Below are positions 32,501 through 44,724 of a stretch of DNA of 64,000 bases, one piece after another (within the stretch, counting starts at the first letter, position 1; each line of letters begins with the position of its first letter). Source of the DNA: Amphiscolops sp. MND2022 (taxonomy: Eukaryota); NCBI GenBank assembly GCA_964187785.1, contig CAXLNC010001087.1, positions 248,001-312,000 on the forward strand, in the 5' to 3' direction. The translations under genes were made by a program, and so were the position numbers. The notes beneath the pieces were generated by a model. The model was not told the DNA's origin and did no database searches. It worked only from the letters and a program-made list of their open reading frames with translations.

Positions 32501-32578
32501 CAGGCCTCTACGAGTTCGTCGGTGCAAAAGAAGAGAGCGGTGTCGAAGAAAGGATCTCGCCAAGAGAAGTCTTGTTGA
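29532..32578 (+). pseudogene. Disrupted homologue of the antisense spliced gene (exons 29532-29879, 29959-30189, 30310-30513, 30632-30760, 30911-32578)
   Basis: Four phase-1 GT-AG introns and conserved exon-edge peptides. Frameshifts in exon 1 and near 31410. TAA stops at 31844 and 32252, both opposite Leu in A. In-frame loss of ~0.8 kb including the zinc finger. Confidence 0.85.
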
Positions 32579-32914
32579 GTTTTTTGAAACTTTACGTTGA
32601 TGAACTGCTTTTATTTATTTTCTTTGTTGTTTCTTTCTATTGTTCTGATGTTACAGGGTTCCGCTAGTCGGTTCCGTCTGAGAAAATAAAATAGATAGAA
32701 AATCAGGTTAAGAATGCTCTGGTATTATGGAGCGAAGAAAAAATTTGAGGCAGCTCGGTGGTCCACTGGGTTATTCAATTTAGTATTTAGCCTCTGTATT
32801 GTTTTCATCCGAGTCGTACAGTAAAAGTGTAAGAGAGAGAAAGAGCCATTATAAGTTGAGGAGATTTGGATATGAGTTGCAGTATAGCTGTCCAGGTTAG
32901 CGCCTGGGGCCTTT

Positions 32915-35900
32915 TCAGTTTTCTGATCTCAGGCCATCGTCAGGGCCGAGGTCCGCTACAATCTGTTTTTCTGGGCTGTTGTCCAGGCCTTGTATCTGAT
33001 TTAGGGAATTTTCAGAGTTTACCTCTAAGGCGTTGCAATATGCGAAATCTGGTTTCCAATTTGAAACTGGGTTTCGTCGGAGATTGTAATGGGATTTTCG
33101 GGGGGATTTAGGAACGGGTGTATGATCTTCGGGTGCATCTTCGGTATCCAGAACTGGGTCATCTGTCTGGCTTCCTGGGTGGTTATTATTGCTTTCAGGC
33201 CCGTGCATTGGGTCGGGGTTCAAAGGGCTGGGGTACGTAAGGGCATCGTTTGTTTCCGGTGCCTGGGGTATTACTTCGGGTTCGGGCGACTGGCTATTTA
33301 CGGGGTGGGTAGGGGGTTCTTGATAAAGTTCTTGCCAAGCCATTGCGAAGAGGTCATCATGCTGTATGATTACCTCCGTGTCCTGCTGGAAATCTTTAGG
33401 CGAAACTGAGATGTCAGGCAGTTTGTGGCTGCTTGCGAATGGCCTTAGTCTGATTCTGTGCAGGATCTGGGTGAGGTTCGTTTGGAGTTTTCGGATTAAA
33501 TAATTACTATTAGGTAGGGCTTTGACAACGATATATGGTCCCGTCCAAAGGTATTCCCGAAACGGCAGTTTTGTCGCTTGGCTATGCGCCTTTGGATGCA
33601 ATGCATAGCAGTAGTGGTTTGCTACCAGTGGGTTTGCTGATGCCTTTCTGTCATAATAACGTTTATGACGTACGTAGGCCTGCATCAGTGCTTGCTGACT
33701 TTGGTTGAGGATTTGTCGTGTTTGCTGCAACACTTCCTCAGCTATTTCGTGATTGATTGGGGTAGGGGGCTGTGGTTTGAGTCCGTATTTCAAGTCGAGT
33801 ACGTTGTAGGGCACTCTTCCGTGAAACACCCTGCTGAGTTCGCAGCCTAGGGATGTGTGATATGGGGTATTGTAGTTCAATACTGCCATCGGTAGGAATT
33901 GGTGCCACATAGTGCGTCGTTCTCCTGTCATAATTTTGAGACTTTCTTTCAGGGAGGCGTGAGTCCTCTCTAGAATGCCGATCGTCTGGGCATGTTTTGT
34001 GGTGGCGTGTTTCAATTGGATTCCCAATGCTGCTGTGGTTTGATGCATTGCTTCTGATATAAATTGGGATCCCTTGTCGGTTATTATTGTTGTGGGAAAG
34101 TAGCAATGCCTGGTTATGATGTCTGTGAGGACTCGTGTGACTGTCTTGGTATCGATTCTGGTGACACTGTATGCGAATAGATATCTGGAGAACACGTCCA
34201 TTGCAGTAATGACCGCGGTGTAGCCTCCTGATGGTTCATCAAAAGGGACTATGTCCATCTGGAGTGCATCTTCGGGTCCCATTGCTACTTTTGACATGTC
34301 GATCAGCGGTGGTGTGATGGTGCTGTTGGGTGTTCTCTTTGTCTGGGCACATTCCATACAGTGCGCTATATGGTGAGCTATTGGGGCGGCAAGTCCTGGG
34401 AAGTAGTACTTCTCGCGGCATTGTTGGATAGTTTTGGCTATTCCCGGGTGTTTTCCATATTTGCCATAGTGGTGTTGTATGAATTCATCGACAAGTTGTT
34501 GGGGGAGCAGCACTTGTAAATATTTGATATTTGACTTTTCCAGTGTCCCCAAAGTATTGCCTTGATAGGAGTCCATCTTTGATAATGATCCTATCTTCTT
34601 GGGCTAGGTACTTCGTTGCTCTGGGATCGTCATTGAGGAGTTGGGTGTCGTACGGTTCCTTCAATATTTTGAGCTTGAGGTTTCTGAGGATGGGGTCCTG
34701 GTCCTGGTGTGGTCTTAGGCTGCGAGGAAAATTGGTTTCGTTGTGTAGCTGACGCCTTTGTTCCTGTTCCGGGTCTTGGATGTTGTTGCAAACCAGGGGC
34801 AGATTCTCTGTTTGTGAGCTTGGTTCGGTGGTATCGATTTGAGGATCAGTTGGTTGTTCTTGGGGGTTATAGATTTTCTTTCGGGCACGTTGTTTGCGTT
34901 CCCAGATGTCTTCTTCAGTTTCAGAATCGTCTTCTGGCAAAAAGTAGAATTGATCCTCCTCATGTATGTCTGAGGATTGGATGTTAACTTGGATGGGCGT
35001 GGTCTGGATATCTTCCCTGATTTGGAGAAGGACTTTTTCTTTTGGATTGATGTCCAATCGGGAGAGGAAGTCTGCCACCGTGTTCATCCTTCCTGGCACA
35101 TGGGCAATTTTGAAGTGAAATTGAAGCACAAAATCACAGGCGTTCCACAGGGAGGGTGGGATCAATTTGGTTTGAAAAAACCTTGTGACTGATTTATTGT
35201 CTGTTAGGACGATGGTTGGTTTGGAGGAACCCCACAAGATGTGGCTATATTCCATGAAGGCGAAATAAATGCCTAAAAACTCCTTGGCATAAATTGACAT
35301 TTTCAATTGTGACGGGGAGAAAGTTTTAGAGCCAAATGCCACGGGGGTGTATGTTTTCTTTGTGGAGGTGAGTTTTTTTTCTGGGTTTTCTTCAGTCATC
35401 AAGGCATATCCAGCGTTCTTGAAGTTCGCATCAGTCATTAGGACATACTGCCGGTTTGGCAGCGGCTGTTTGAGCCAGAGGTCACATGCGTTGTCTAACG
35501 ACTTGTTGATGGCTTCAAAGTTGGTTATGAGTTCTTGATCTATTTTGGCAGGTTTGTCGGATTTGATGAGTTCGTGGAAAGAGGCTTTCTTCTCGGATAA
35601 TTGGGGAATGTAGTTTCTGTAATAGTTCACGAATCCGATGTATCGTTGAAGTCCTTTCTTCGCTCGAGGGAACTTGAGTGTTTGTAAGTATTTCTGGATC
35701 TTGTGGCTCTGGGGTGCCACTCCTGATGGGGAGATCGTTCGCCCAATGAATTCGACTTCCTTGGCGCCGAACTGACATTTCGCCATTGTGAGCTGGAGTC
35801 CTGCGGCACGGATGCATTGGAAAACCTCTCTCAAATTGTTTTTCAACTCTTCGGGAGTGTTTGTGTCGATTCCAATGTCGTCCACGTATTGGGCGCATTT

Positions 35901-38468
35901 GTCCGCCTTTATGGTTTTGTCCAGGTATTCCCTCATGAAACTTGAGAAGGACGATAGTGAGCGGCTCAGTCCTTGGGCCAGCCTCAGGTACGCGAACGTT
36001 CTGCTGGCAAAGTTGAAGGCTAGGAGCTGGACGAACTTCTGGTCTGCCATCTGCAGTACGTGGTAGGCTTGTGAGCAATCAAGCTTGCAAAACAACTTCT
36101 TGCGGGCGAGGTGTTGTGCAGCGTCGGTTAGTGTGCTGACCGGATGGTTATTGTTAATATAGTCGTCGGAGATCAAATTATTGATCTTTCGGAGGTCCAC
36201 TAGGAGGCGCAGTCGTCCATTCGGTTTGCGCTGGGCGAAGATCGGGCTGGCGTACTTGCTGAACGGGAGGGTTGTTATGATCCCGAAGTAATGCATGAAT
36301 GCTAGATCCACTGTCAAGTCCTCTTTCAAGTTAAAAGGGCAGGGCAGGCTTTGCAAGTAGACTGGGTCGTCCGTTTTCGGCGTGAGTTTGATTTTGAAGT
36401 CGTGGTTAATTCCGATGTCCAATCGGTGCCTCGCAAAAATGTCATTGAACTCTATCAGTATTTCTTGGACGTCTTTCTGGTCATTTTCTGTTAGCTGGGA
36501 ATCATCCCATTTGAAGTTTTTGAGGAATGCTTCTCGGTCTTCTGCGTTGTTGTTGGGGTCCAGCTTCTGGATCTCCTCCAGTTCTTTGATTTCCCTCAGT
36601 GTCCTGCTCTGAATTGGCGTGTGGGTATTTGGGTCTCCAGGGTTATCTGGTGTGGGGAACCAAAAGTTTTGACTGTGAGAAGGTTGGTCAGAAGTTTTCA
36701 GGAGTTCGTTGATGTATATTATGGCGTCTTCTGAGTGGTCCTCCGTGAGTACTTTTAGTGCTGCTGTGTTGAGTGGTTCGAGTACTTTGGCTTCTTCGCG
36801 TGACGTGATTTTGAACTCAGCAACAGTTGTATTCTTTTTTATGGTGTAAGGCGTGGGGGTAGTATTGGTTACCCTGACGTCAATTTTCCGGTTGGAGGCC
36901 GTGGATATCGAGCTGGCTACGACCAAAGGGTCACCGCTGCAATGGTTGGTGGCGGGGTTGATGACACCGGTTGTGTCGATGGTAGATGTTATGTCCGCGT
37001 AGGCGGTGATTGTTTGGGTTGTTTCAGGAGGAATGGTTAGTGGACTCTTGACCTGTACTTTGTATAGCTTTCTGTTGCGGGTAAATTCATCGGTTTCAAT
37101 CGAGTACGTTAGATGGGGGAAGTGGAGTAGGCCTTGGCTTACATCCAGAATGGCACTATTGTTTTTCAGGAATGTGAGGCCGAGTATTGGGCCTGTGAGT
37201 CGTTTTGCGACGATGAACGTTTCTTTGAAATTCCAGTCCCCGATTTCGAATTGGAGGATTATGGTCTTGGTGGGGGTTTCAATGTCGCCGTTTGCGAATT
37301 GGAGTTTGAACGGGGGTGGTTCCAGTTCTTTGACTATGTCCTTGGGGGACATCTGGAGGATTTTGTTGTAATCGGTTTCGGAGATGCAGTTGACCAGTGC
37401 TCCGGAGTCGATGAGGGCGTCCAGGGTCAAGTCCTGGAAGTCCATTGGGGCGAATAGCTTCTTCTTTTTCTTCTTAAGGGTCACCGCTGAGAAGATTGGA
37501 ATGCATTCTTCTTTGGTGATGGGGTCTCTTGTGAGGTATTCTGCAATCTGAGCCATGGGGTAGGACTGGGGTTCGTCCTGTGTCGGTGTGTCGTTTACAG
37601 CACCTGAGGGGGATTCAGATTGCATGTTGGTTTCGGCAGCCGTAATGGGTCGAGGGTCCTCGACTTCATTTGCGGGCTGACTTCTTGGGGAGGAGGGTGA
37701 GGGCGACGCCTCGTTGTAGGAGAGGGGTTCTAGGAGTAGAGACCTTTTTATTCTCCTTGTTTGCGGTGTGGAGATTGGGTCAGGTCCACAGCTTCAGTCG
37801 TGGTCCTGTCGGTGAGGTTTTGGGTTTGGTGACAGTCTGGTGCCACGTCCATTGTTGGGGATCGTACGATTCCGGCTCTGATGGGGTTGGCTGTTTGGTG
37901 TTTTGGTGGTGATTGTGGAGCCGTGGTTTGGGATCCGTGGTTTTTAAGTATGGACTTTGGCCTGGTAGTCGATTCGTCGACTAGTATTTCCGTCACTCGT
38001 TCTGTGTCTTGGTCGTACTCTGGGACCGGTTGGATGGTTTTCGGTCTGTGGCGTGGTTCTGTGGATATATTCATCTCGGTTGTCTTGATAAATTCCTCAA
38101 TTGGCGTGCACTCTCGTTGTTTAAAGGTTAAAGTCGTTTTGTTGTAGATTTTGGGGTTGTGATAGGGATCGCAGTTGAAGTCGGGATTATGTATATAGGT
38201 TTCAGGGGTAGTAGTTTCGGGTAGTGGTCGTTTTGGAGTGTCGTAGTCGTTCGGGTTGTTACCATTGTGGGTAGTCTTTTTTGGTCGTATTTTGACGGTT
38301 GTACTTATGGAGCCTGTGGATTTGCCATCTTCGCTGCCAGTCGAGAGATGGTTGTTCACAGCGCACGGTGATTTCTTCATGGTCGTAAGAGTTTGGGGGT
38401 TCCGATGTTGTGAAGTGTCGTGTGTCGACCTCCTTCCCAAACTGAAGATGTGGCGAATTTAGTTTTTT
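32915..38468 (-). pseudogene. pol: Element B pol (pre-PR domain, PR, RT, RH, INT), broken by frameshifts near 38260, 37740 and 34525
   Basis: LIDSGA, YVDDIG, LMTDANF, AKEFL, VLTDNK, H-x6-H...C-x2-C, QMDIV, ITDKG, ILERTH, GPY. Confidence 0.95.
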
Positions 38469-40015
38469 GACTGATTTGGTTCCTGGGGTTGGTTTTGGGG
38501 TTGGGTTGTCGTTTGCGCAGGCGGCATGTAGCCCATTTGGCTAGTTGCTTGATTGTGGTACTGGGTTTGGGTTTGGGTTGTCATTGGGAGAAAGGGGGAG
38601 GTAGCCCATTTGGCTGGTTGTTTGGTTCTGGTACGGCGGTTGGGTCGTTTGGAAATTGTTTTTGGCATACTGACCTTGTGATTGCGGAGGTATCGGGATG
38701 TTATTTGGGGACGTGGCTTTGGGGGTTTTCCACCACTGTGGTCGATTTGCCCAGTTGGCGCCTGAGTAGCATTCTTGGGTGGTGTGGCTTTTTTGCCACA
38801 AGTTTCGCATGGGTCAACAATTTTGTTGGGCACCCTGTTACCTCTATTGCGGGCTTCGCGGGCTACTTTCCGGCAGTTTTTGATAACATGGCCAGATTGT
38901 CCACATCCGTAGCATGGTCCTGACGTTTTGGGAGGATTCGTAGCTTGCTGTGGTTCTAGTGCGTCGATTTGATGCACTCTTGTTATGTTGGTCTCGCTGG
39001 GGGCCAACAGCCCGTTTAACTCCATCTCTCTCTCTAAGTGTTGGACCATCATTTCGTAAGATTCAGTTTCTAACCTTGCTTGGTTCAGGACTCGTTTGAG
39101 GTGGGTTGGCATTTTCGCGTAGAAGGAGGTCTCGATAAACTTGGGGGCGTCGTCACCGTATGCTTCTTGAGCCAGCTTTTGATACTGCTCCAAGATGTCT
39201 TGGAAGGTTTGTTGGGATGGGTCAAAATGGAGTTGTTCCCTTTTGCAGCGGGCTGTCGCGATAGATTGGGGGCGGACATATCGTCGTCGGAAGGTCGCGA
39301 TGATGTCGTCTAGGCTGGCACGGTTTGTGTCAGTCATGTTGCGGTAAATCTGCAGAGCGTCATCCCTGAGTAGTGAGTGGAAATAGTGGATCTGCTCCTC
39401 TTCTGAGATGTTGGGATACACTTTGAGGCTGGTCATGAAGAGGTCTTCAAAGTGCTCAAACTTGTCGTTCTTTCCGTTGAATGTGGGCATGGTTGTTGAC
39501 AATGCCTTGGGCAATCTGGGGAGTCCTATGTTTTGTTGGGTGACATTCATGAGTGATTCTAGCAGCTTGTCCACTATGTGATCCGGGTATTTCTGGTTGG
39601 GGGGCGGTAGGCTCGAAGATCGGGGCGGTGCTTCTTTTTGGGGGAACACTCCTGTCACCATGTGTTGACCCTGAGATGGGTGCAACTCGTTCAACGTAGT
39701 TGGCCTTGATGTCGAGGCTTGATTTTCAGGTTCGTAGAGATCTACTATGGGATTTTCGGATCTAAGCGGATGGCCGGACAATGAGTCTATTTTTGAAGAT
39801 AAATTCTCAATAATCTTCAGGATTTCCCTTTGCCCAGTCTCGGCGTCTTTTATTCTTCTACCAACAGATTTTTCGATTTTCTCAGAGATTTCAGAAAAGT
39901 CGCGATCGGAGATACTGGGTACATTTTCAGTCCTTTGGCTAGCTGCCTCAGGTTCACCTGGCGAGTTGGATACTGAATGCCTTCTGGCTTTCCTTTTAGA
40001 GGATCTTTCGGGCAT
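38459..40015 (-). CDS. gag: Element B gag (first 118 codons inside the 5' LTR; a frameshift in the second zinc knuckle is likely)
   Basis: Homologous to A gag. CYGCGQSGHVIKNC. The second knuckle CETCGK continues as KSHTTQEC in another frame (ORF 38541-38810). Confidence 0.88.
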   Translation of the reverse strand: MPERSSKRKARRHSVSNSPGEPEAASQRTENVPSISDRDFSEISEKIEKSVGRRIKDAETGQREILKIIENLSSKIDSLSGHPLRSENPIVDLYEPENQASTSRPTTLNELHPSQGQHMVTGVFPQKEAPPRSSSLPPPNQKYPDHIVDKLLESLMNVTQQNIGLPRLPKALSTTMPTFNGKNDKFEHFEDLFMTSLKVYPNISEEEQIHYFHSLLRDDALQIYRNMTDTNRASLDDIIATFRRRYVRPQSIATARCKREQLHFDPSQQTFQDILEQYQKLAQEAYGDDAPKFIETSFYAKMPTHLKRVLNQARLETESYEMMVQHLEREMELNGLLAPSETNITRVHQIDALEPQQATNPPKTSGPCYGCGQSGHVIKNCRKVAREARNRGNRVPNKIVDPCETCGKKATPPKNATQAPTGQIDHSGGKPPKPRPQITSRYLRNHKVSMPKTISKRPNRRTRTKQPAKWATSPFLPMTTQTQTQYHNQATSQMGYMPPAQTTTQPQNQPQEPNQSKN

Positions 40016-41437
40016 TTTTGGGTTTTAAGTTCACAGATTCAAACTATTCGACAAAGAATAAAGAAAGGTTTTTAATCTTCAATTGGGTTTTGTAACAAGA
40101 GAAAACAAAGTTGCTTTACAGGAAGCGATTATTGAATTTTCAAAATCTATCAAATTATTATTTTTCAACTGCACCTATTTAACTTTTTCAAGTATATATA
40201 CCTTTCACCCACGTGAAGCGGGGAAAAATCCGCACCACTCTCACGCTTTATTCAGCCCGGCGTCCTTCCAAGGCGGAGAAACCGGAAGTTCAGTTCCGAT
40301 TTGTCGAACTCAGGCTCTCAGTTTGTTCATGCTTTCCAAGGAAAGCACGCGTCCACTTCCTGCCTGAGTTGCGACTCCGCTTTCCTTCACCTCCAATTCC
40401 CGCCTTTTCAGGACGCCGAAGCTGAAATCAGCAATAAAATGAGCGATGATTCAACATTTCGCTTTTAAAAAGCGGGAAAGATGAAATCAAAGCAACGACA
40501 ATTATGGAAATTAGAAATTTCCCAAAACGATTTAACTGATTTAAATATTACTCCAGATATTAGTTATTTCAACGAAACTGCACTTAGACTCGTAAAACTA
40601 CCCGTGGGGGCATGAAAACACTGTGTAAGCATGAAGGGACAAAGCTCAGTCTCAGGTTGGGGTCTGAGACGATTAAGGCAAAATAACTGATTTCGCAAAA
40701 ATAGCAACGACTAACAATTTTGTGATTTAAATCAACTTGGGGGTGCGGTTCAGGTCATTTCTCAATCCAGTTTAAATGAGGATTAATTTTAAAAGGGTAG
40801 TACAAACCATTGATTAAATAACTCAAGTCAAAGATTTAATTTTCAGGCCGGGGTCTAGGCCGTGGTTTAATGCATTCAAAGTTAAGTATTGCTACATGAA
40901 TAAATGGTCATAAACTGCATGTAATCAACCACTAATTCTTATTATACTGCGTATTTGGGACGTGGTTTCACTGATGAGACGGTGGGTAATCGGGAGTACC
41001 GATATTTTCACTTTTAAGATGGATTTGGACACACCTGATTTCAGGCCGTGTCCTGGGCTACAGTTTATTGCATTTACTAATTAATCTTGGTTTACATGGG
41101 TGAATAGTATTGCACAACACTCTTGATCGTTATTCGATCGTTTTTCATTGTAGGTGTTTGGTTATCGGGTAAAAATCATCAACTGAAATAACAATTTCCA
41201 TTTCTACAATGGATTTTATAAATTTACATTTCAGGCCACTTCCTGGGCCGCGGTACATTACTTTCAGTTAAAATCAACACAATTTGTACATTACTCAGGG
41301 AATTACATGTAAATCATCACATTAGTTGTCTTTGTTTGCATCAACACTTTTACATGTGCAAAATCTGAGGCCGGTTCCGCCATTGATCTTTCAAACCGTT
41401 TGCTGAGCGGTGTCATTCTATTAATAATATAGCATTC

Positions 41438-41505
<68 letters not shown>

Positions 41506-41774
41506 GCACTGATAGCTCCGTACTTGTTGGTACACTGTGTGTGTACGTATATATTCTTGTATAAATATATGTAATTATTAGTATTTATACATATATAAAT
41601 ATAGTTTTAGCTCCATTTTGATTTAAAGTAATAATTTATAATAGCAATAAGTTAGTTGTGTGTTAGTTATTTCACTTGCCTTTTCTTCTGTTTCGGTCTA
41701 ATTCCAATTTCCTTCTTCGAAGACTGCGCTTATTGTGTGACGACAGGTTTCACAGCTTAGCTGGGGCTGTGACA
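39661..41774 (-). repeat. Element B 5' LTR (2114 bp), with an expanded (ATT)n tract at ~41438-41501
   Basis: Direct repeat of 26589-28781. PBS adjacent at 39648-39660. Confidence 0.95.
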
Positions 41775-43913
41775 CATTCGGCCTTTTCTTTAAAAGACCT
41801 TTGTACTATTTGTTTACTCGAATAAACCAGCAAAATACACATCATTGAATCTCAGTTTTCAGGCCAAAGTATTGGAGAAAATCCAACTTTCATTCGAACT
41901 ATAAGTAGTCATAAAAGTAGGAACCCTGTGTCACTTTGCTCCGTTTTCGTGAAGTTGAACTAATTTATACGAGGGGGGGGTTCCTTGCGGCTTGTGACTA
42001 CGAAAGTAAATTATTGGTTGAATGCTTTTTGTATTCGTTTTTGGAATTGCATTTTTGCGAAAGTACATGTAGTAAAAGCATAGACACTCTTGTTTATTAT
42101 TTTAATGCCTGAAAGTTTGGAAAGTACTAACCTTGAAATTTTGTTGTAAATGAATTGTAAAGCTGGATTGACTAATACTGGTACAAATTTATTGTAAATA
42201 AAGGGAGTGGTATTTCCAACTTTCTTATCTGTATGTACTCTTAATATTATTAGGAATAGCTATATGCGTACCTCCAAATGTAGTGTTAGCAGATCTTATT
42301 TCTACCTGTAAATTATCTTAAACTTTCCAACAAATTCGTTTTGAATCGACATGTTGTTGCCATCCCCTGACCTCAGGTTACCTAGCCTACCCAAGTTAAA
42401 TTGAAATTTAATATAACTGTAAACCACCATTCTTCGTTTCAATCACATAAACTCTTGTTTGAAAACAAAATGAATTTCACAAATTCAAGCTTTATTATGC
42501 TGTTAACGTTATACAAAGAAAAATTAATGAATGATATTACTGTAATTCATTATTAATATAAAATTTGACTTTTTACTGAGGAGGGGGACCACGGGTGGGA
42601 ACTTCCATTGCTTCACAGTTTAAACATACATTTGGTTGGGTATTGGATAAGTCTTCTTTGAAATCAGACAACTGTTAGGGGTCCCTGCGGTTCAACTTTT
42701 AGGACACCTTCAAAAATGGCAGCTGGGTGCGGTCCTAATTTAAGAACCTCGATATTTCAGCTGAGTTTATGCGAGCCATGTGTTTTTTTGTGTGAGTTGA
42801 ATTCTCAAGTGGTTTTTTGTTTACAATTGTTAAGTCGTTTTGACATGGCAAGTTAGTAAAGGGTTTGTGTTTAATAAATAGCGGCGGTGAATATTCTTTC
42901 ATGGTGGATCCCAACCCCGGCTTTCTTGTAGGAGCAGAAATCAAAAAGGAATGCTCTGCAATTGATTTACAGCAACTTTTGATTTTCAATAGCTGGATTG
43001 AGATTCAGACTCCATTTTCTGAATACCTCTGTGGACTGCAACAGCTCGGTAAAGTGAATAGTTTATATTTTAGTGATAAACATGAACTTTAAAAGCTTGG
43101 CTTTGGAAACTTGAAAAATGATGTGAATTGTATTTTTCTGATACGATCATAACCCTAGTTTCAATATTATCAACACACTGAACTGTTTCAGCATGCCGGA
43201 AGGTGTGATGTAAACATTGACAATCCGAGAAGTATCTATTCCAAAACCTTTTTACAACACTCCAGAGCCATCTGAAACGTAACATCTTTGTAAGTTGAAC
43301 ACTTTACATTTCTAGAAATTGATAGTTAAACTGTAAACGTTTTGATATTGACCGGAACTGTAGAGTGGTTAGAATTGCAAACATTTTTCTATAGTATTAA
43401 TAGAACAATCTGTTTTAGCAAACAACACAATGAAAGCAGTGAGGAACACTTATAAAGTATCCATTCCATGACTAGTTCAACAGCACCCGAAAGAAGTCAA
43501 TGGAGAAAATATCAACACCGATCAATCTCGACTGAATGAAATCAGCAGAATTATTTAGTCAGCCACTTCAGTTGGGTTGACCCAATACTGAAACTTCTTC
43601 AGATTCTAAATTTCCACGTAAAATTTATTCGAAATATCCCACACACACAAAGTAGAAACACTTTTCCAGTAAAATATGTTTATAGTTACTTCCAAAATAT
43701 GTTGGTTTTGTCTGAATAAATACGGGATCTATTATGTCCTAATTGAAAATAATGTTTGATATATTCGACAATTCGGTACATTTCTGCTCTTGAAAATTTG
43801 GTCTTGACTAAAAGTAATAGACAACCTATTATGTCCTATTGAAAATTAATTCAATATATCTGATAATTTGTTACTTTTCAGCGCTTTATCTTCTGGTTAT
43901 GACTGAATTCATA

Positions 43914-44715
43914 AGGGATAAGTTCTGTCGGTTTGAAAAATTGTTGATTATGTCCAGCATTTTTGCTTTTTAAATGTCTTTAGCTGTCAAAATGGCTTAC
44001 TTTAGTGTACTTCCTTCCATAGGGGATAAGTTCTGTCGGTTTGAAAAATTGTTGATTATATCAAGCATTTTTGCTTTTTAAATGTCTTTAACTTTCAAAG
44101 CGGTTTACTTTAGTGTACTTCCATAGGGGATAAGTTCTGTCGGTTTGAAAAATTGTTGATTTTATCCAGCGTTTTTGCTTTTTAAAGGTCTTTAACTCTC
44201 AAAACGGCTTACTTTAGTGTACTTCCATAGGGGATAAGTTCTATCGGTTTGAAAAATTGTTGATTATATCCAGCATTTTTGCTTTTTAAATGTCTTTAAC
44301 TCTCAAAACGGTTTACTTTAGTGTATTTCCATAGGGGATAAGTTCTGTCGGTTTGAAAAATTGTTGATTATATCCAGCATTTTTGCTTTTCAAATGTCTT
44401 TAACTCTCAAAACGGTTTACTTTAGTGTACTTCCATAGGGGATAAGTTTTGTCGGTTTGAAAAATTGCTGATTATGTCCAGCATTTTTGCTTTTTAAATG
44501 TCTTTAGCTGTCAAAATGGCTTACCTTAGTGTACTTCCAAAGGGGATAAGTTCTGTCGGTTTGAAAAATTGTTGATTATATCCAGCATTTTTGCTTTTTA
44601 AATGTCTTTAACTCTCAAAACGGTTTACTTCAGTGTACTTCCATAGGGGATAAGTTCTGTCGGTTTGAAAAATTGTTGATTATGTCCAGCATTTTAGCTT
44701 TTAAATATCTTTAAA
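43914..44715. repeat. Tandem satellite, ~104-bp unit, ~7.7 copies; a further ~1.5 units at ~45710-45870
   Basis: Unit begins GGGGATAAGTTCTGTCGGTTTGAAAAATTGTTGATTA and recurs at ~44021, 44125, 44229, 44334, 44438, 44541 and 44645. Confidence 0.95.
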
Positions 44716-44724
44716 CCAAAATGT

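Larger units (their letters stand above)
26589..41774 (-). mobile_element. Gypsy element B, 15,186 bp, same lineage and architecture as A but diverged
   Basis: LTRs at 26589-28781 and 39661-41774 (TGTCACA...CAACACA). TSD CATTC at 26584-26588 and 41775-41779. Same PBS as A. Homologous gag, pol, ORF-X and antisense gene. Confidence 0.96.

Noticed and set aside
41303-41509. Poly-Ile ORF
   Set aside because: This is a translation of the (ATT)n microsatellite in the LTR.
43914-44715. CRISPR-like array
   Set aside because: The units are similar along their whole length with no unique spacers, there are no cas genes, and the context is eukaryotic. It is a satellite.
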